A stretch of 63,378 nt of DNA, filler included, from Trichodelitschia bisporula (taxonomy: Eukaryota), in the NCBI GenBank assembly GCA_010356995.1. It is 5 parts of 4 records of this genome, joined end to end, with 100 filler letters (N's around TTAATTAATTAA, not from the genome) between each part and the next. Parts side by side here need not be neighbours in the genome. Positions count along the whole stretch, not along the records: positions 1 to 20,200 come from ML996710.1; 4 more parts are not named here. The stretch is one strand, 5' to 3'. The notes below the pieces were generated by a model. The model saw only the letters and a list, made by a program, of their open reading frames with translations. It was not told the origin of the DNA and made no database searches. This document shows positions 1 through 12,330 of the stretch, one piece after another; within the stretch, counting starts at the first letter, position 1; every line of letters starts with the position of its first letter. Both the position numbers and the translations under genes were made by a program.

Positions 1-101
1 GGCCGGGACCGCCAGCACTAACAGCACCAGCTCCCACTGGTCCGGTGTGGCGCTATTCGGGCTTGGCGCGGACGAGACGTACAACACGGTCCATGGGTCG
101 T

Positions 102-275
102 TGTTGGAAAGCGGTGGCTGTGTTCAGCCTTACCCAGGTTCAGCCACAGAGCTCGAGTACAAGTAGACTCGGGATCCCTATCTCTTTGACAATCAAGCAA
201 CTTGTTCATGGACAGACCCTCGGTCCAACTTATGATGCTGTGATGTCTTCATTGATCACTCATCCCCTTTCAACA
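102..275. mobile_element. Solo LTR, family A (174 bp)
   Basis: TGTTG...CAACA ends; exact 5-bp TSD GTCGT at 97-101 and 276-280; several homologous copies in the window. Confidence 0.92.
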
Positions 276-351
276 GTCGTAGACCGTGCTTAGAGCCAAC
301 CCGCCCGATTCCGCGAAAAAGGCGATTGGTTGGAAGGACGGGACTTACATC

Positions 352-492
352 TGTTGAATTTGTGGTGGCAACCTGGGGTGGCTGGAGTGGAGCCAGGAGA
401 CAGGGGTCGTCTCCCGGCGATGTATATAGTCAGCTCACTTCCCACTGCTAGTCAGTCAAGCAACTCAGACAAGTTCACACTTCATTTTAACA
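352..492. mobile_element. Solo LTR, family B (141 bp)
   Basis: TGTTGAA...TTTAACA ends; exact TSD ACATC at 347-351 and 493-497; reverse-complement copies at 18642, 22861 and 47261. Confidence 0.92.
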
Positions 493-1084
493 ACATCTGC
501 CTTTCCTGGGTCGGGACTGATACCTGGGATAGCCCGGACGTGCTGCAGGCGGCAACTGGGTCCCGGTATATCGTTCCAGACGGCAATGTCATGCAGCAGG
601 AGACTTTGGGATGCTTTAAGTGGTTCCCGCTGAGCTGGATCGAATTCGGGGACTTCGAAGTGAAGCCCGGAGATACGGTGCGGTTTCTTGTTTGCGCGCT
701 CGGGACGACAGATGGGCTTGTTTCGCTGGGCAACCCGAGTACCGACACACACACCAGTACCAATCTCGTTTCGCCGGTGGGGACGACGCTCGTGGGCAAC
801 GTGGCGGCATTCATTATGGACGACCCGGACATGAACGGCGCGCCGTACCCGTTCCCCGACTATGGCACGAGCTTTTTCTCCGACTGCCTTGCGGGGACGA
901 ATAAGGCTTCGGAGAAGGACCTGAGCAGTGCGACGTTTATTGATCTGGAGCAGGGAGGGGTCACGTTGAGCACGGCGGTTCCGAACGGCAGTATTTCCAT
1001 GGTGTTTACTAGGAACAGCGGCTAGTGTGCTGCTGCGACTGTCTACTTTCTCACCTATCTGTAGCTAGGTTTCTGCGTCAAGAT

Positions 1085-3316
1085 CTAATCATCGGCCCGC
1101 TCCCTCTCTCTCTTGAACAGGTTCCAGTAGAGAGCGTTTGTGGACAGCTGCTGGAGCGACACATCATGAAGAAGCCAGAACGCGGCGCGCTTTCTATCCT
1201 CGTCACTACGCACGAACTTAGTAAAGTCCTCAATATCCTTCATCGCCGCAACCCCCTTCCCCGGCAGGTACTCGCGCATGACCTTTTGACAAACGTCAAT
1301 GACATCCGGAGTCGTAGATGCCACCCGATGAACGAGCATAGCGACATTGGGGACGTAAGCAGGCGCCGGAAGCCAATTCTTTCCGAACTCCTTCACTAGG
1401 AGATCTTTGACGGCCTTGGCCACTTGCTTGCAGATTTCGAAACAGCGCTCATGCATGCCGAGGTAGTCGAACGAGAGTTTCCCTTCCTCCGCAACGAGCT
1501 CCTCCTTGAGAGCGGCGAGCAGCTTCATGTTGGACACGGGAGGAGTCGCCCACTTGCGCAAGTCCTCTGTCAAGTTCTTGGTTTCATTCTCTTGGGCAAC
1601 GACGGCCGTGACGGGCTCCAGGTCAAGAGCAGCGATGATCTTGTCAATGGATTCACCAGTAAAGATTCCGTCCCGCAGAAGTTTCACAATCGGCGTCGGA
1701 GACTCAAACCGACTCTGTGGGCGCGCATGGCCGAGCTTCTCAGCATGAGCATGCACACCGATTGCGTGGAATAAGGCGCGGCTGCATCTCACAATCGTCG
1801 TCGGCGGCTTCGACCAGATTTTGTGCGTCAGGATTGCGTGCTCCATATCCGGCCACTCAATGCCGGCATCCCCCTCGATTTGTACGAGATTGTACAGGAA
1901 TGCCGTCTGCACGACGGTCGACCGCTTGCATGCCATCCGAAGGCCGAGCTTCTGAAGACGAATGTAACGGTCGAAGACAAAAGCGCCGCAGAAGTGAGGA
2001 ACGAGCAACATGTAGACGAAATCTTCCTTCGCATAGCCCCTGGTCCACTGTTTCCTTTTGTCGAAAATATCCGTTTGGAGCCAGTTCTTTGTGTCCTCTC
2101 CCAGCTTGCAGATCTGCTCGTACTCTTCCTGCGGCCAGAGTGACGGACGAGGCAGTGTGTCGATGAACTCAACGTACCGATCCACGACTTTCTGGATACG
2201 CTCCCCATACACCTGGGCATGAGACAGCGGGCGATCCAAGTCAGGACGCATAACGTCATAAGTATCAACTAGAACTTGCAAAGCGAACGCGTGATAAAGA
2301 TTGGCCTCCTCGCGTTTCAGGGTCAAAATCTCTTGCAGTACGCAGGTCATCTCATCGCGCACAGGGCACACCGGCATGACGCGGAGCTCGGTCAACACGA
2401 CCCACAGCAAGCAGCGTATGTTCACCATCTTCGCGTGGTCGGACAGATTCTTGCCGTCAATCTCGCAATTCAGATCGCCGATAAGATCGGGCGCCACTGC
2501 CGGGAAGACTTTATCCGTTGGAAGGTGGTCGATGAGGGTCTCAATCGCCCACATGGCCGGTACGAAAGCCCACTTGCCAAAGGGACTGTAGTATTCCATC
2601 TGCACTGGCGGGCCGGGAGCTTGCGAGAATATCTTGCGGCAGCGCTGTACATCCAGGAAAAGCTCAGGGATGCGAAGCTTCCCGCGCCACACCTTTGCAT
2701 GCTGAGTGAGAAAGGCCTTGCCAGATTTGAGCGCAGCGTTGGACATGGTGGCCGCCGACATCAAGCTAATGTCCCCACGGCGGTACTCCTCCCAAGTTTC
2801 CTTGGAGAAGTCCCGGAGCTGGTGGAGATGCTCAAAGATGGAGAAGACCTGGAAGTGGTCGATAGAGGAAAACTTCTCCTCTGCATTGTGGACTTCCACA
2901 ACCACGTACCGGGGGATCTTGCTGTTTTGGTACTTTTTAAAGCCGCCTTCGGTGGCTTTGGGCTTCCACTGGTGGTAGATGGGGGTAAAGACGTCCAGAA
3001 AGAGGCACTGCTGCCCCTGGAGCATGTGCGTGTGCTCTTCGCCCCAGAACTCCACAGTGGCGGCGAGGCGGAGTTTGAAGAGACGCTCCAGAATCTCGAC
3101 CACGGGCTTCAGCACCGTGACATTTTTCTGTGTGGCAAACTCGGCCATGTCGCGCATCTCCTCAAGCGAGATCTTGACCTCTTGAGCGCCCGACTGGACC
3201 GCGGGCATGTCGTACCCCTTCTTCTTCACGGCCTCAACCAGCCACTGCGCAATGCAGCCAAGGTCGTGCTGATACCTAGTCCAGATGTCGGACAACATGG
3301 TCGGCGCCTCTGCCAT
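1085..3316 (-). CDS. DUF6604-like domain protein (~743 aa, no apparent intron)
   Basis: Long ORF 1085-3529 with a likely start at MAEAPTML (3316). The N-terminal WTRYQHDLGCIAQWLVEA matches the YxxYKxDTxxxxxWLxxxA pattern, and the later WPDME and FDYLGMH motifs are typical of these fungal proteins. Confidence 0.7.
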   Translation of the reverse strand: MAEAPTMLSDIWTRYQHDLGCIAQWLVEAVKKKGYDMPAVQSGAQEVKISLEEMRDMAEFATQKNVTVLKPVVEILERLFKLRLAATVEFWGEEHTHMLQGQQCLFLDVFTPIYHQWKPKATEGGFKKYQNSKIPRYVVVEVHNAEEKFSSIDHFQVFSIFEHLHQLRDFSKETWEEYRRGDISLMSAATMSNAALKSGKAFLTQHAKVWRGKLRIPELFLDVQRCRKIFSQAPGPPVQMEYYSPFGKWAFVPAMWAIETLIDHLPTDKVFPAVAPDLIGDLNCEIDGKNLSDHAKMVNIRCLLWVVLTELRVMPVCPVRDEMTCVLQEILTLKREEANLYHAFALQVLVDTYDVMRPDLDRPLSHAQVYGERIQKVVDRYVEFIDTLPRPSLWPQEEYEQICKLGEDTKNWLQTDIFDKRKQWTRGYAKEDFVYMLLVPHFCGAFVFDRYIRLQKLGLRMACKRSTVVQTAFLYNLVQIEGDAGIEWPDMEHAILTHKIWSKPPTTIVRCSRALFHAIGVHAHAEKLGHARPQSRFESPTPIVKLLRDGIFTGESIDKIIAALDLEPVTAVVAQENETKNLTEDLRKWATPPVSNMKLLAALKEELVAEEGKLSFDYLGMHERCFEICKQVAKAVKDLLVKEFGKNWLPAPAYVPNVAMLVHRVASTTPDVIDVCQKVMREYLPGKGVAAMKDIEDFTKFVRSDEDRKRAAFWLLHDVSLQQLSTNALYWNLFKRERERADD

Positions 3317-3600
3317 GACGAGGAACGAGGAAGGTAGAATGAGGTGTTGAATGTTCAACGGGAAAGATGGAATGAGGTATGTCGAAAGCTCAACGAAAAT
3401 GGCGTGCAAGGAGGTTTGTCTGACGTTGAACGAAAGAGGCGGGCAATGAGGTTCATCAATCAAGAAAAGGAGAGTGACGGAGATGTTGTAGGTTGAGTGA
3501 GAGTTCGAACGAAGCGACGAATTAGTCAAAATGGGGGGGGAGGGAAGTCAACAGGGTTGGTGGTGGTAGACGTTGGGGTCGGTGGAAGAAGTAGGAGGAG

Positions 3601-3645
3601 GAAGTCGAGGAAGTCGAGGAAGTCGAGGAAGTCGAGGAAGTCGAG
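3601..3645 (+). repeat. 9-bp tandem repeat (GAAGTCGAG)x5
   Basis: Read directly from the sequence. Confidence 0.9.
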
Positions 3646-3997
3646 GGGTTCGGTGAAAGAAGACGCCGACAGCGCAGTGAATGAAGCGAAGCTAGGCGGG
3701 CGCCCACAGCGGCTAAGGAGAAACTCACGACGCAAACATAGGAGCACGTGCCCGGCATTGACTACAGAATCGTCAGACTACTTCATTTCAAGTCGGATCA
3801 AGCCCAGCCCAAGAAGGGTTCACTCGACGAGACTCAAGTCAGACCAAACCGAGGATTAACTCCAGACAAGTCAAGGTCATCAAGTCATAAGGGTATTCAT
3901 AAGGCAAGGAAACTAACCATCGAACCGTCGCCGCAGGACCGCCGCCGGGATCCCATCCCACCCACGCCAAACACCAATTCAAACCTCATGATATCGG

Positions 3998-5499
3998 TCA
4001 AGACTCAGCGCGCACCGTTACTGTCCCACGGTCCGCCACCGCCGTCAGGTCAATCACGTCGTCATCCGCGTCGCTCAGGAAGCTGCGCCCGCGCAGCAGA
4101 CTCAGGTCGCTCGCGCTAACCGTTGGCTGCTTTGCGTACGGGTTGCGTGCGTCCCAATCGCGCGCGCTGGGGTGGTACGATTCACGTATGTCGACGCTGT
4201 GCAAGGTGCGAATCTCGATGCCCTTCTCCGTCGGAACCGCTGGACGGCGCCCTAACCGCGCAAGCAGTGTGCGCGCAGGCCGAGTCACGGCGTCGAGCCG
4301 CCCATCTCCGTCTCCATTCCCACCACCTCTGCCTTTATTCCACTCCTCAGCCCCGCCTCCACCCGACAGCGTGCGCCGACGCCGCTTTTCCGCCGTCACC
4401 GTCACCGTGTACCCGTACCCGTCCAGACCAATGCCCTCAATGTCAAACTTGATCTTCATCATGCGTTCGGCACGCGCTGCATTCGCCGGCAGCTTGCGGT
4501 CTAGCGATGAGGTCGTACTGTAGTAGCTGTTCGATGGGTTCTTGTCCCAGTGCAGCAGGCGGCCGAGTACGGGGCGCAGTGCGGGTGCAGAAGCGCAGAT
4601 CTAAGAAGTTAGTGACGTCTGATCGCAAAGGACATTGGACCCACCATGGCAAGGCAAATCTCCACCTCCGAGCATATCCAATGCGGTCCCGACCACCACG
4701 TGAGATCATCCGAGTCGAATAGGATCCACACGTAGTACGTGCGCACGCAGCCGACGACGGCGACCAGAAACCCCAAGCACAGCAGGCTCATCACCGCCCA
4801 TCGCTGGGCCGAGTCCATCTTTAGGCGGAGCAATACCGGCACTGGCATCGCCGCCACCAACGCCTCGCTGAAGGTGTTGAATGCGCTCAGGATCGTGTAC
4901 ACGTATGCCTCGTTCACGCAGCGCCCGGGCGACGGCCACTCGAAGTAGGCGTGGATCGGAATGCATGCAAACACAATCGTCCCCAGGTACGATAGGTAGA
5001 TCCCCACAACCAAAAACGTCGCCGCGTGCACCACCCAGCGGTACTTCCGCAAGTCCAGGTGATTGAGGAGCCGGTAGTACAGCACCAGAAGCGATAGGCG
5101 GACGGCGCTGCTCGAAGTGGTCCAGAAGATTTTGAGCACAAAGTTGGCCTTCGTACCGGGCGTCAGGAACTCAGGCTTTGCCTCCCACAAATGGCGGTCC
5201 CACCAAAAGCGGTGGTAGGCGTAGAGAAGCGTCCCGAGGTCCCCGAGGGCGCAGAACTGTTTACAGTTAGATGAGTCAAAGAGCCGAAGAGAATCACACA
5301 CCCAGGCAAACAAGATCAGCGCATCGTCGAGTCCAAACCAACGCCGCACAAAGATGCGTGTGTGCAGGCGCGTCAAGACGACGGCCGTCGCCAGCGAAAA
5401 GAAGACGCCATTAACAACGTACAATGCCGGCCCGCGCTTCTCAGGCACGTATCCCGCCGGCGGCCAGGTAGAGACAATCTCAGGATGCAACAGACGCAT
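3998..5499 (-). CDS. PTH11-like (rhodopsin-domain, non-CFEM) integral membrane protein, 2 introns
   Basis: MRLLHPEIVSTWPPAGY start; RLHTRIFVRRWFGLDD, ACIPIHAYF and EICLAM motifs. An intron near 4602-4645 joins to ICASAPALRP and runs on into ORF 3998-4462; a short in-frame intron lies near 5257-5301. Confidence 0.85.
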
Positions 5500-8400
5500 G
5501 ATAAAAGGCCATGCTATAGACGATCTCAGATTGACTTTCAACGGCGAGCTAGCGACATATAGTAAATGCCCCGGGCCCGGCTGAAAAGACAAGTGCAGCT
5601 GTCTTTACCAGCGCAACCGCGCAAGGCGGTGCCAAAGCGGACAGGGCGCGATATCGTCAACCACTCTCGTTCGCGCATGGCGGAGCAAGGCTCTGACTCG
5701 GGGGCGCAGGAGCAGCAGGGAATAGAACGCGGGGCGCATTGGGCCGCGAGCGTCCAGTCTGCGCGCGTTTCACTACCGCGACGTGCGCCACGGCCGGGGG
5801 GACAACCGGGTAGGTGGCTGGGAGTGTGGGTGAGGCGCTTTGTGGTGGTGAAGCGGGTTCCGGATAGCCGTCATGGTAGCGGTTGCGCTGTTGCCGGTGA
5901 ACGATCGGGAAGGGGGTGGCTGAATCCGCAAGGGAGGAGACTGTACGAAAGGGATTCAAAGAAGAGAATGGAAGGAGAGATGAAGCGATGGCATAAGCAA
6001 CGAGGAACGATGATGATGCGCGCGAAGGATGGTGGTTGACGTTGAAACGAGACAAGTCGAGACAATCGCCGGTCCCGGCTCCGCCTGCGCTCCTTAGTCA
6101 GCAAGCGGGCCGCAGAGCCCGCAAAGTGCCGCGTGTAGGCACAGTGACAAAACCAAAACAATATCGTGAAACCTGAGTTTGGCGCTCGTCGCCCATCAGC
6201 CATCGACTGTCAAAAACAAACACTACAGCAGCCTTTTGCTTTTGACTCGTATCTGCCCGAATTCAGTCGTTCGCGTCCTGGAGCACCGTGCTGTTCCGCG
6301 CCATCTCCTGCATATTCCTTCGGCTACGTCCTTCGCCTGCGTTCGTCGCTTGTTATCGTGCGGCGCCAACCCCACGATCTCGACGGCCTGTCCCTGCAAG
6401 CCCGGAACACGCATCGGAATATTCCTCGAAGCCGTGTACGGAGGTCTTCTAGAATGACGCTCCGACGCTCATGCGCGCTGTGCCAGAGCCTTGCCGTTGT
6501 CTGGGCAGCGCCAGCTACTGGTCGCTCAAGATTGATCGCCTGAATCGCTTGCAGCCACATCCACCAAATCGGCATCGAGTCAAACCCCCTCCATCCCCCG
6601 CTAACAGACGCTCCCAACTCGTCGACCGTCATGGAATGGCTTCACATCAAATCCTTGTCTATGGCCAAACTTGTCAGCCCTCCTCAGCCCTCTTAGGAAA
6701 ACGAATGCTGTCAGCAACCACCACTCCGCATACCGGACCCCCGTCGCCCATTTCCATTGCCAATGCCAGCCGCATTCCAGCCTTCTTTTTCTCGAAAGCC
6801 CTAACCAGGCGGTTAACCGGCTCTTGGCCTGAAAGTTTGACGCCACGGCGATGCAGCCGCAGCGGCGGAAGCGCCATCGAGGCCTGTTGTCGCCAACCAT
6901 CTGCCGAAGATCTCTGCCGACTGTGGCGCACGTCGCTTGATGGCACTGGAGAAAGCGCAATGCCGAGGGGAGCGCGGCGTGCAGCAAAGAGTGGGCGCAT
7001 TGATCGACGATACCAGGTACGTTGGTACATAATTACTGGTCGGCGCCACTACAATACATTCGGCCTCCATCTGGCATCGTCTGGCCTCGTCGTGTTCACG
7101 GAACATGCCGCGCAGTTGCTCACCAGGGCCGCCATTCCGCCGTCTTACGTATTGGAGTTCCACGGCGACAACATGGCGCTGATGACTTTGTTGACCAACG
7201 GTGTGTGCAGTCACCATTACTCCTCCATCCCCACAGCCCTGCCGTCCCGTGTCCCCGCCTTCCTACTACGGTAGACTTCTCTACTGCGGCCCGGTCCTAG
7301 CCAAGGGGTACCGACCTTCCGCATGAACCTCTCCGCGTGTGTCCAAGCAGTTTCTCGCACGCAAAAGCTTGATATTGCTTATGCTGGTAAATATTCGCTA
7401 GTTTGCGACTGCTTGCGGGGTAGACTCGTACTGTATACGGTATATCCACCCGCTGGTGGTTCGCTGTGCATCGCCTTCACCATCTCTCAACTCTATGCTT
7501 CCGTCGCTCCGCTAATTCGATCTGGCCCCCATTTCCGGCCCTGATTTTTGGCCAAAACTTTTTAACAATGTCGCATGTCGGGGCTTGTGATACCCAATAT
7601 CTCATCGGTTACCGCAACTGCCTCCCTCTTGCTCCCTTGCCCCGCTCTCCACATCCAACAGCCGTCTTGCGCTTCCAATTTCAGCTCGTCCGTGACTCGC
7701 AAAAATGATGCACACCACTGTCGCTGCGCCCTTTGGACGCCTTTCAAGAGAATTATGTTCTAATGATGATGAAGTCTGCACAATCAGGTCTGACGAGTCG
7801 TACACCTGTGTAACAGTGGCCGTGACGTTGTCCCCGAGAAATCCCGGCTAGTCGTTTTGCCTCCGCCTCAACATTCCTGTCCTTCAAATGGTGGATTCCC
7901 ACACCTCCTGCCACCAGCTTGCCGGTACACAGCGATGCTTAGAGCGTTAAGGCTGCATGTCCCGAGCATACTCTTCTTCTGCTCCGCAGAATCTCCGTGT
8001 TTTCTTCTTTTTTTCGCAAGCCTTTTCAAACCATGCTATAGTCCCCCTGCGATTACATCTCGACCGAATTAGGAACGAATGGGCTGCACTTTGCCTGCGC
8101 CACCTATTTTTTATGAGAACTCGATGTGGAAAGAAGCGTACGATTTAGGGACGACGACGTCGAGACCTCTCCTAGGCAATACCCCGAACAGATCTAGCAC
8201 TTTGGACTTTGCCTTTCCGTCGTGTGCTGGTTTCTTCGCCGCGACCGACGCCTGCCCCCCAAAGCTTGCGGTGCACTTGACGGTTTGTTAGCTGGCTCCG
8301 CCGGCACTTGCAACGCTCGCTCTGCAAGACGAGATGGAGTGCCTGGCATGAAATCGCGACTTCCTGCATGAGAAGTCAGTTTACTCGTAGTACCTCCGTA

Positions 8401-10082
8401 TATCATGCCACAAAGCTTCCCTCCGGATGACGCATCTACCACCAAGGTCCCTTCATGTCGTTCGTCGTCGCGGTGTGGCCGTGCTCATTAAGGTTAAGCA
8501 CTGCCCAATAGCATGGCTACTTGGCAAATCTTGTCCGACTACACCTCGTACCCTTCTCTCTGTTCGTAGCTCTCTATCTCATCATCAACAAGTTCACATC
8601 TATCTTTCCGAATTCGTCAGTATTGCCCGTCAACAAACGCGCTTGACCTATCTCTCATATTGCCTCTGGAATCCGAAGCAGGCGTAATTCCGATCGGTGC
8701 TCAGCGATCAGCGCATGCGGACAAACGACTCGAGAGCCATTACAAGCGATGCCCAACGTCATCTGCGGATGGGAACCAGGGCGCAAATGATTGTGTCGTT
8801 TCTGAATGTGTAAATGGAACCTGTTCCGGTGTTGAGGCCAAAGCCGTTAATCATTAATAACTCATAGCGATGCATCCTTTCCTGTGCTCAACGGGAGTGA
8901 AAGTGCGTGTCGAAAACTCGGACCGCTCCGATTCAGATCTCCGGCCCGACTTTGCCTGCTAACAGAGAGATCCGACATTCATGCCTTTGGACAGCTCAGG
9001 AACCTTCTAGTGAGAGCGCACGTGATTATTAGGCTCAAAGTCGTGTCACCCTGCTACGGCGCCCTGGTCCCGCATTACGGTCTTGACAGTAGCATGATCA
9101 CACCTGACCGTCAATTTACCACGACACCTCCCCGCAAGCCGCACGTTGTCCCGGAAGTCCGCCACCGCTTCAATGGGATCGTCACAAAGGCATTCCTCAG
9201 CTAGATGTCGGTTCACGTTCGGCGGTACTGATGCGACCTTGTTTTCCGGAAGTGTCACTTTAACTGGATTCCCAACCCGATTACTCATTCGGAGGCCTTC
9301 CCAGCTCCAGTGGTATGCCGAATGGCTCCTCTAGGCTCGGACCAACTGTTATTTTTCGACCTCGCTGGAAGACCCATCTGGTGTTCACATCAAATTTGGA
9401 ACTCCCGCGCTCTCGGCGTTGTTCTCGTAAGTCGGACTTTTGCGGTCAGTTGCATCTTGACTCCAATGTCTCTCGCTCAGCTCAGTCAATATCTACTCCC
9501 AAAGCTCGCTAACTGATGCTTTACATCTTATCCGCACAGCTTTTTTGGATCATCCGGTTCCAGCAAGTCTATCGACGCATAAATTAGCTCTGCATCTTTT
9601 CATACCTGGTCTGTGAAACATTAGATATGAACTTCAATACCCGATCTCGCTTTAAGATGTAGGAGCTGCGCGTCCCCTCTGAATCCTGGGTCCTGCCTAA
9701 CCGGGGATCATCGGTTTTTGGAAGGCTAGCTGTACCAAGGTTGGATATTACGCGTACAGTGCCCTTGAGGTAATTTACCTTGAAGTTTATTTGACATGCC
9801 TCCGGCCACCATCGCATCGGACATACCTCCGTCCACCGATATACCGCCCGAGCCTTAAAAGATGCAAACCCCGGCGCTCTCTGCTGAGCGTTCTCTGTTT
9901 CTCCAAACTTGGACCCGCACTAAATAGCCAGATTTCTCGGTATGGAGTACAAGATACCCTTGCTCCGGCACTTCATTCCATTAACACTACTGCAGAACCC
10001 TAGCCTTCTCCACCGTTCGCCAACCTATCCATCCCCGTTCCTGAAGCCAGTTGGGCCATTGAATAGCCGCTAACCGCCCGCC

Positions 10083-10816
10083 ATGCGCGACCCGCACAAT
10101 GACGAAAGATACACGGTAACAGTCAACATTCTCAACTTTTTAAACCACTGACAAATTAGGAAATGGAAATCTTGCGGGCAACCTGCGAGCTTCATTTAGA
10201 TCTCCGCCACAGGGTCTATACCATTGGCGGACATGCCTGTCTCATGGCTGACGACTGGATCTCTCCCTTTCCGACCGATTACCCTCCCATCACCATCAAC
10301 GGCCGCACGCTCACCGACGAGAATCCGCTATGCATTCAGGGCGTGCTCTTCAAGACCTTGCACCTTGTCCTCGCGGACCAGTTCTTAAACTTTTGCCCCG
10401 CCTATTACTGGGAAGATTCCGATTCGCTTGATGTGAGGATGGGCCTCAAGCTACGCTGCGCAACCCTCCATGGCCCGGAGACGCCGAAGTTCCGGGCGGA
10501 TCTGCAGGCTGTGACTTTTCTCGCCTGCAAGCTCAGCGAACGAGGCGCAACTGTTCGCCCCCTGGCGGCGGGGCTTGTGCCCGTGAGTCCGTTCCAGATG
10601 CTTGTGGTTCGCCAACATCTCGCTGTATACCGTTGTCTGGAGATTTTCGATAAGGTGGGCGGCCGGCAGTTTGAGATTGAATGGGTCCCCGGCAGCGAGC
10701 AAGCTCGGCTGTACGAGGAGTTTCTCAATTATCTGCAGCCGGAGGTACGTCCCCAATTTGCTTCAGTGCGGGCGCCGGGACAGGGTAGTGAAGACATAAA
10801 AGCAGACTCTCAGTAG
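10083..10816 (+). CDS. Hypothetical protein, paralog 1 of tandem trio; putative degenerate AbiEii-like nucleotidyltransferase fold
   Basis: Exon MRDPHNDERYT, then intron 10116-10159 (GTAACA...CTGAC...TAG) in frame with ORF 10163-10816. Motifs: YTIGGHAC, GLKLRC...KFRADLQAVTFL, LEIFDKVGGRQFEIEW. Confidence 0.65.
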
Positions 10817-11665
10817 CACTCCTGTAGGCCATTGAAGGCTCTTTACCTCTACGCAATGGAATGACACTTATATTTCCATAGTTCTTCCTGTAATGTGATG
10901 TGCCTTTTGCATCTTGCTAAGCGCTTCTCGATCACAAAGTGAGGAAGTTGTGATAACGTATGATTCTTGTTGTATGTGCTCGATAAAAAGGCCTGGATTC
11001 AGCTCTCTTTGTTGAAAAACGCCTGTCTGCAGCCGGCATGTCGGTCGGAACCGTGCCGATGGATCGACAGACGGCAAAGCTCACGACTGGGACCGATGAA
11101 ACTAGGGCCCGAAGGACATCCAGCACCGACATCCGCCGTGGGGATAAATATAGTCGATCCCCTTTCTCACCTCCTCGCATTCATCCACGTCACCCTATAT
11201 TTGCTGCCCTTTGATTTGCAGCTAATGGCGCTCATACCACTATATTTGGATTCCACGCGCAAATGGCGCCGAGATGCGAAGAAGTCGGTAGAGCTACTCA
11301 GGCGGGCTCTAACTCCCCAGTCCCAGCCTTTTTAGCTTTTATATACACTGGTAGCGAGATGTCATGACCATCGATATGGCATGTCCACGTACTCTGGTAG
11401 CGAGATATTACTACTCCAGCTTTGGCACATTCACCTTGTGAATTTTCCTCAGGTTTAACAACTGAGTGGCAGAGAAGTTACCGCATCTTCCTCACCTCCA
11501 TTTATACAAGCTCAAAGTTCTCCCCATAAGCTCTCCGCAACTGGAAGTATATATAAATCAGTCATTTTGTACTTGGGCCTCAGTATCCTTCTCGCAACAT
11601 TCTTCACCTCCACTTATCCAGCGCTTCTTCATACCGGCGTACCGCTGGTGAAACCTATTTCGAAG

Positions 11666-12330
11666 ATGGCGAGCTCCACTACTAGTGACACTGTCGCTGC
11701 AGTTGCTGCTTTGCGAAACGAAGACGCCCTGTGCAAATTTGGGGGCCATTGGACTCGTCGGAATTACAAATCCACGGCGAACCTCTTTCGACTTCAGCGA
11801 ATCCTCACCACCCTCCGACGAGCAGACAGCATCCTCCTTGGGCCTCCAAGGCACAGTTTGAGAACTTTATATCCGCACCCCCTGACTCCTTTTCACCGAC
11901 CTCCCGGGCGAACGACGGCACTATTTCAGTAGCGCCAAATTTGAACCTGGTTCGATTCCTGGTCGAACCGCCGGATATTTTCCTGACAATCAGCTTGACG
12001 AAATCCGTCCTTTACGATCCGGGTTCGCCGATGTACAACCGGTCGCTTCACCATGTGGTTCTCGCGGCGGAGCAGATTCATGCCTACAAGCGAGCCATTC
12101 GGCTTGAGATTCTGAGTAAAGTCCGCCTGGACTGCTTTCAGATGGTCCTGATAGTCCAGTGGATGAAGCATCGCGGAGCTCTAGAGCTTTTTGAAAAAGT
12201 AGGTGGTCGTCGATTTGAACAGCCGTGGGAGCAAAACACGGAATGAGACATTGAGGAGTATCAGCATCAGCTGGACTTTTTTACGCCCGATGAGTTCGTG
12301 CTCATGGGTTCTATGCGAGCGGCCAACTAG
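11666..12330 (+). pseudogene. Paralog 2 of tandem trio, with frameshift and premature stop
   Basis: KFGGH lies in one frame and LQIHGEPLS...LELFEKVGGRRFEQPW in another. TGA at 12244-12246 is followed by a homologous tail DIEEYQHQLDFFTPDEFVLMGSMRAAN* ending at 12330. Confidence 0.6.

Larger units (their letters stand above)
2..1025 (+). pseudogene. Glutamic peptidase family G1 (eqolisin/aspergillopepsin II-like) pseudogene; 5' end lies outside the window
   Basis: Removing two solo LTRs reconstructs SSHWSGVAL...VHGS*TVLRANPP...TYICLSWVGTD...VLQAATG...FKWFP...VKPGD...AAFIMDDP...PFPDYG, which follows the G1 motif order. There is a TAG at the position of an expected Trp, and D appears where the catalytic E is expected. 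Confidence 0.75.

Noticed and set aside
2276..3337. 353-aa plus-strand ORF, and similar long antisense ORFs over the MFS, GH125, nirA, Scc2 and WD40 regions
   Set aside because: Shadow ORFs opposite recognisable genes in GC-rich DNA.
6471..7274. 267-aa ORF
   Set aside because: No recognisable motif, Arg/Ser/Pro-rich composition, and it lies upstream of the PTH11-like gene; unsupported.
7300..9900. Possible additional genes or further trio paralogs
   Set aside because: Only short ORFs, and I could not find the shared VGxRxFE motif or any known domain by eye; degenerate remnants are not excluded.
11949..11969. tRNA B-box-like GGTTCGATTCC
   Set aside because: No cloverleaf or A-box spacing, and it lies within paralog 2 coding homology.
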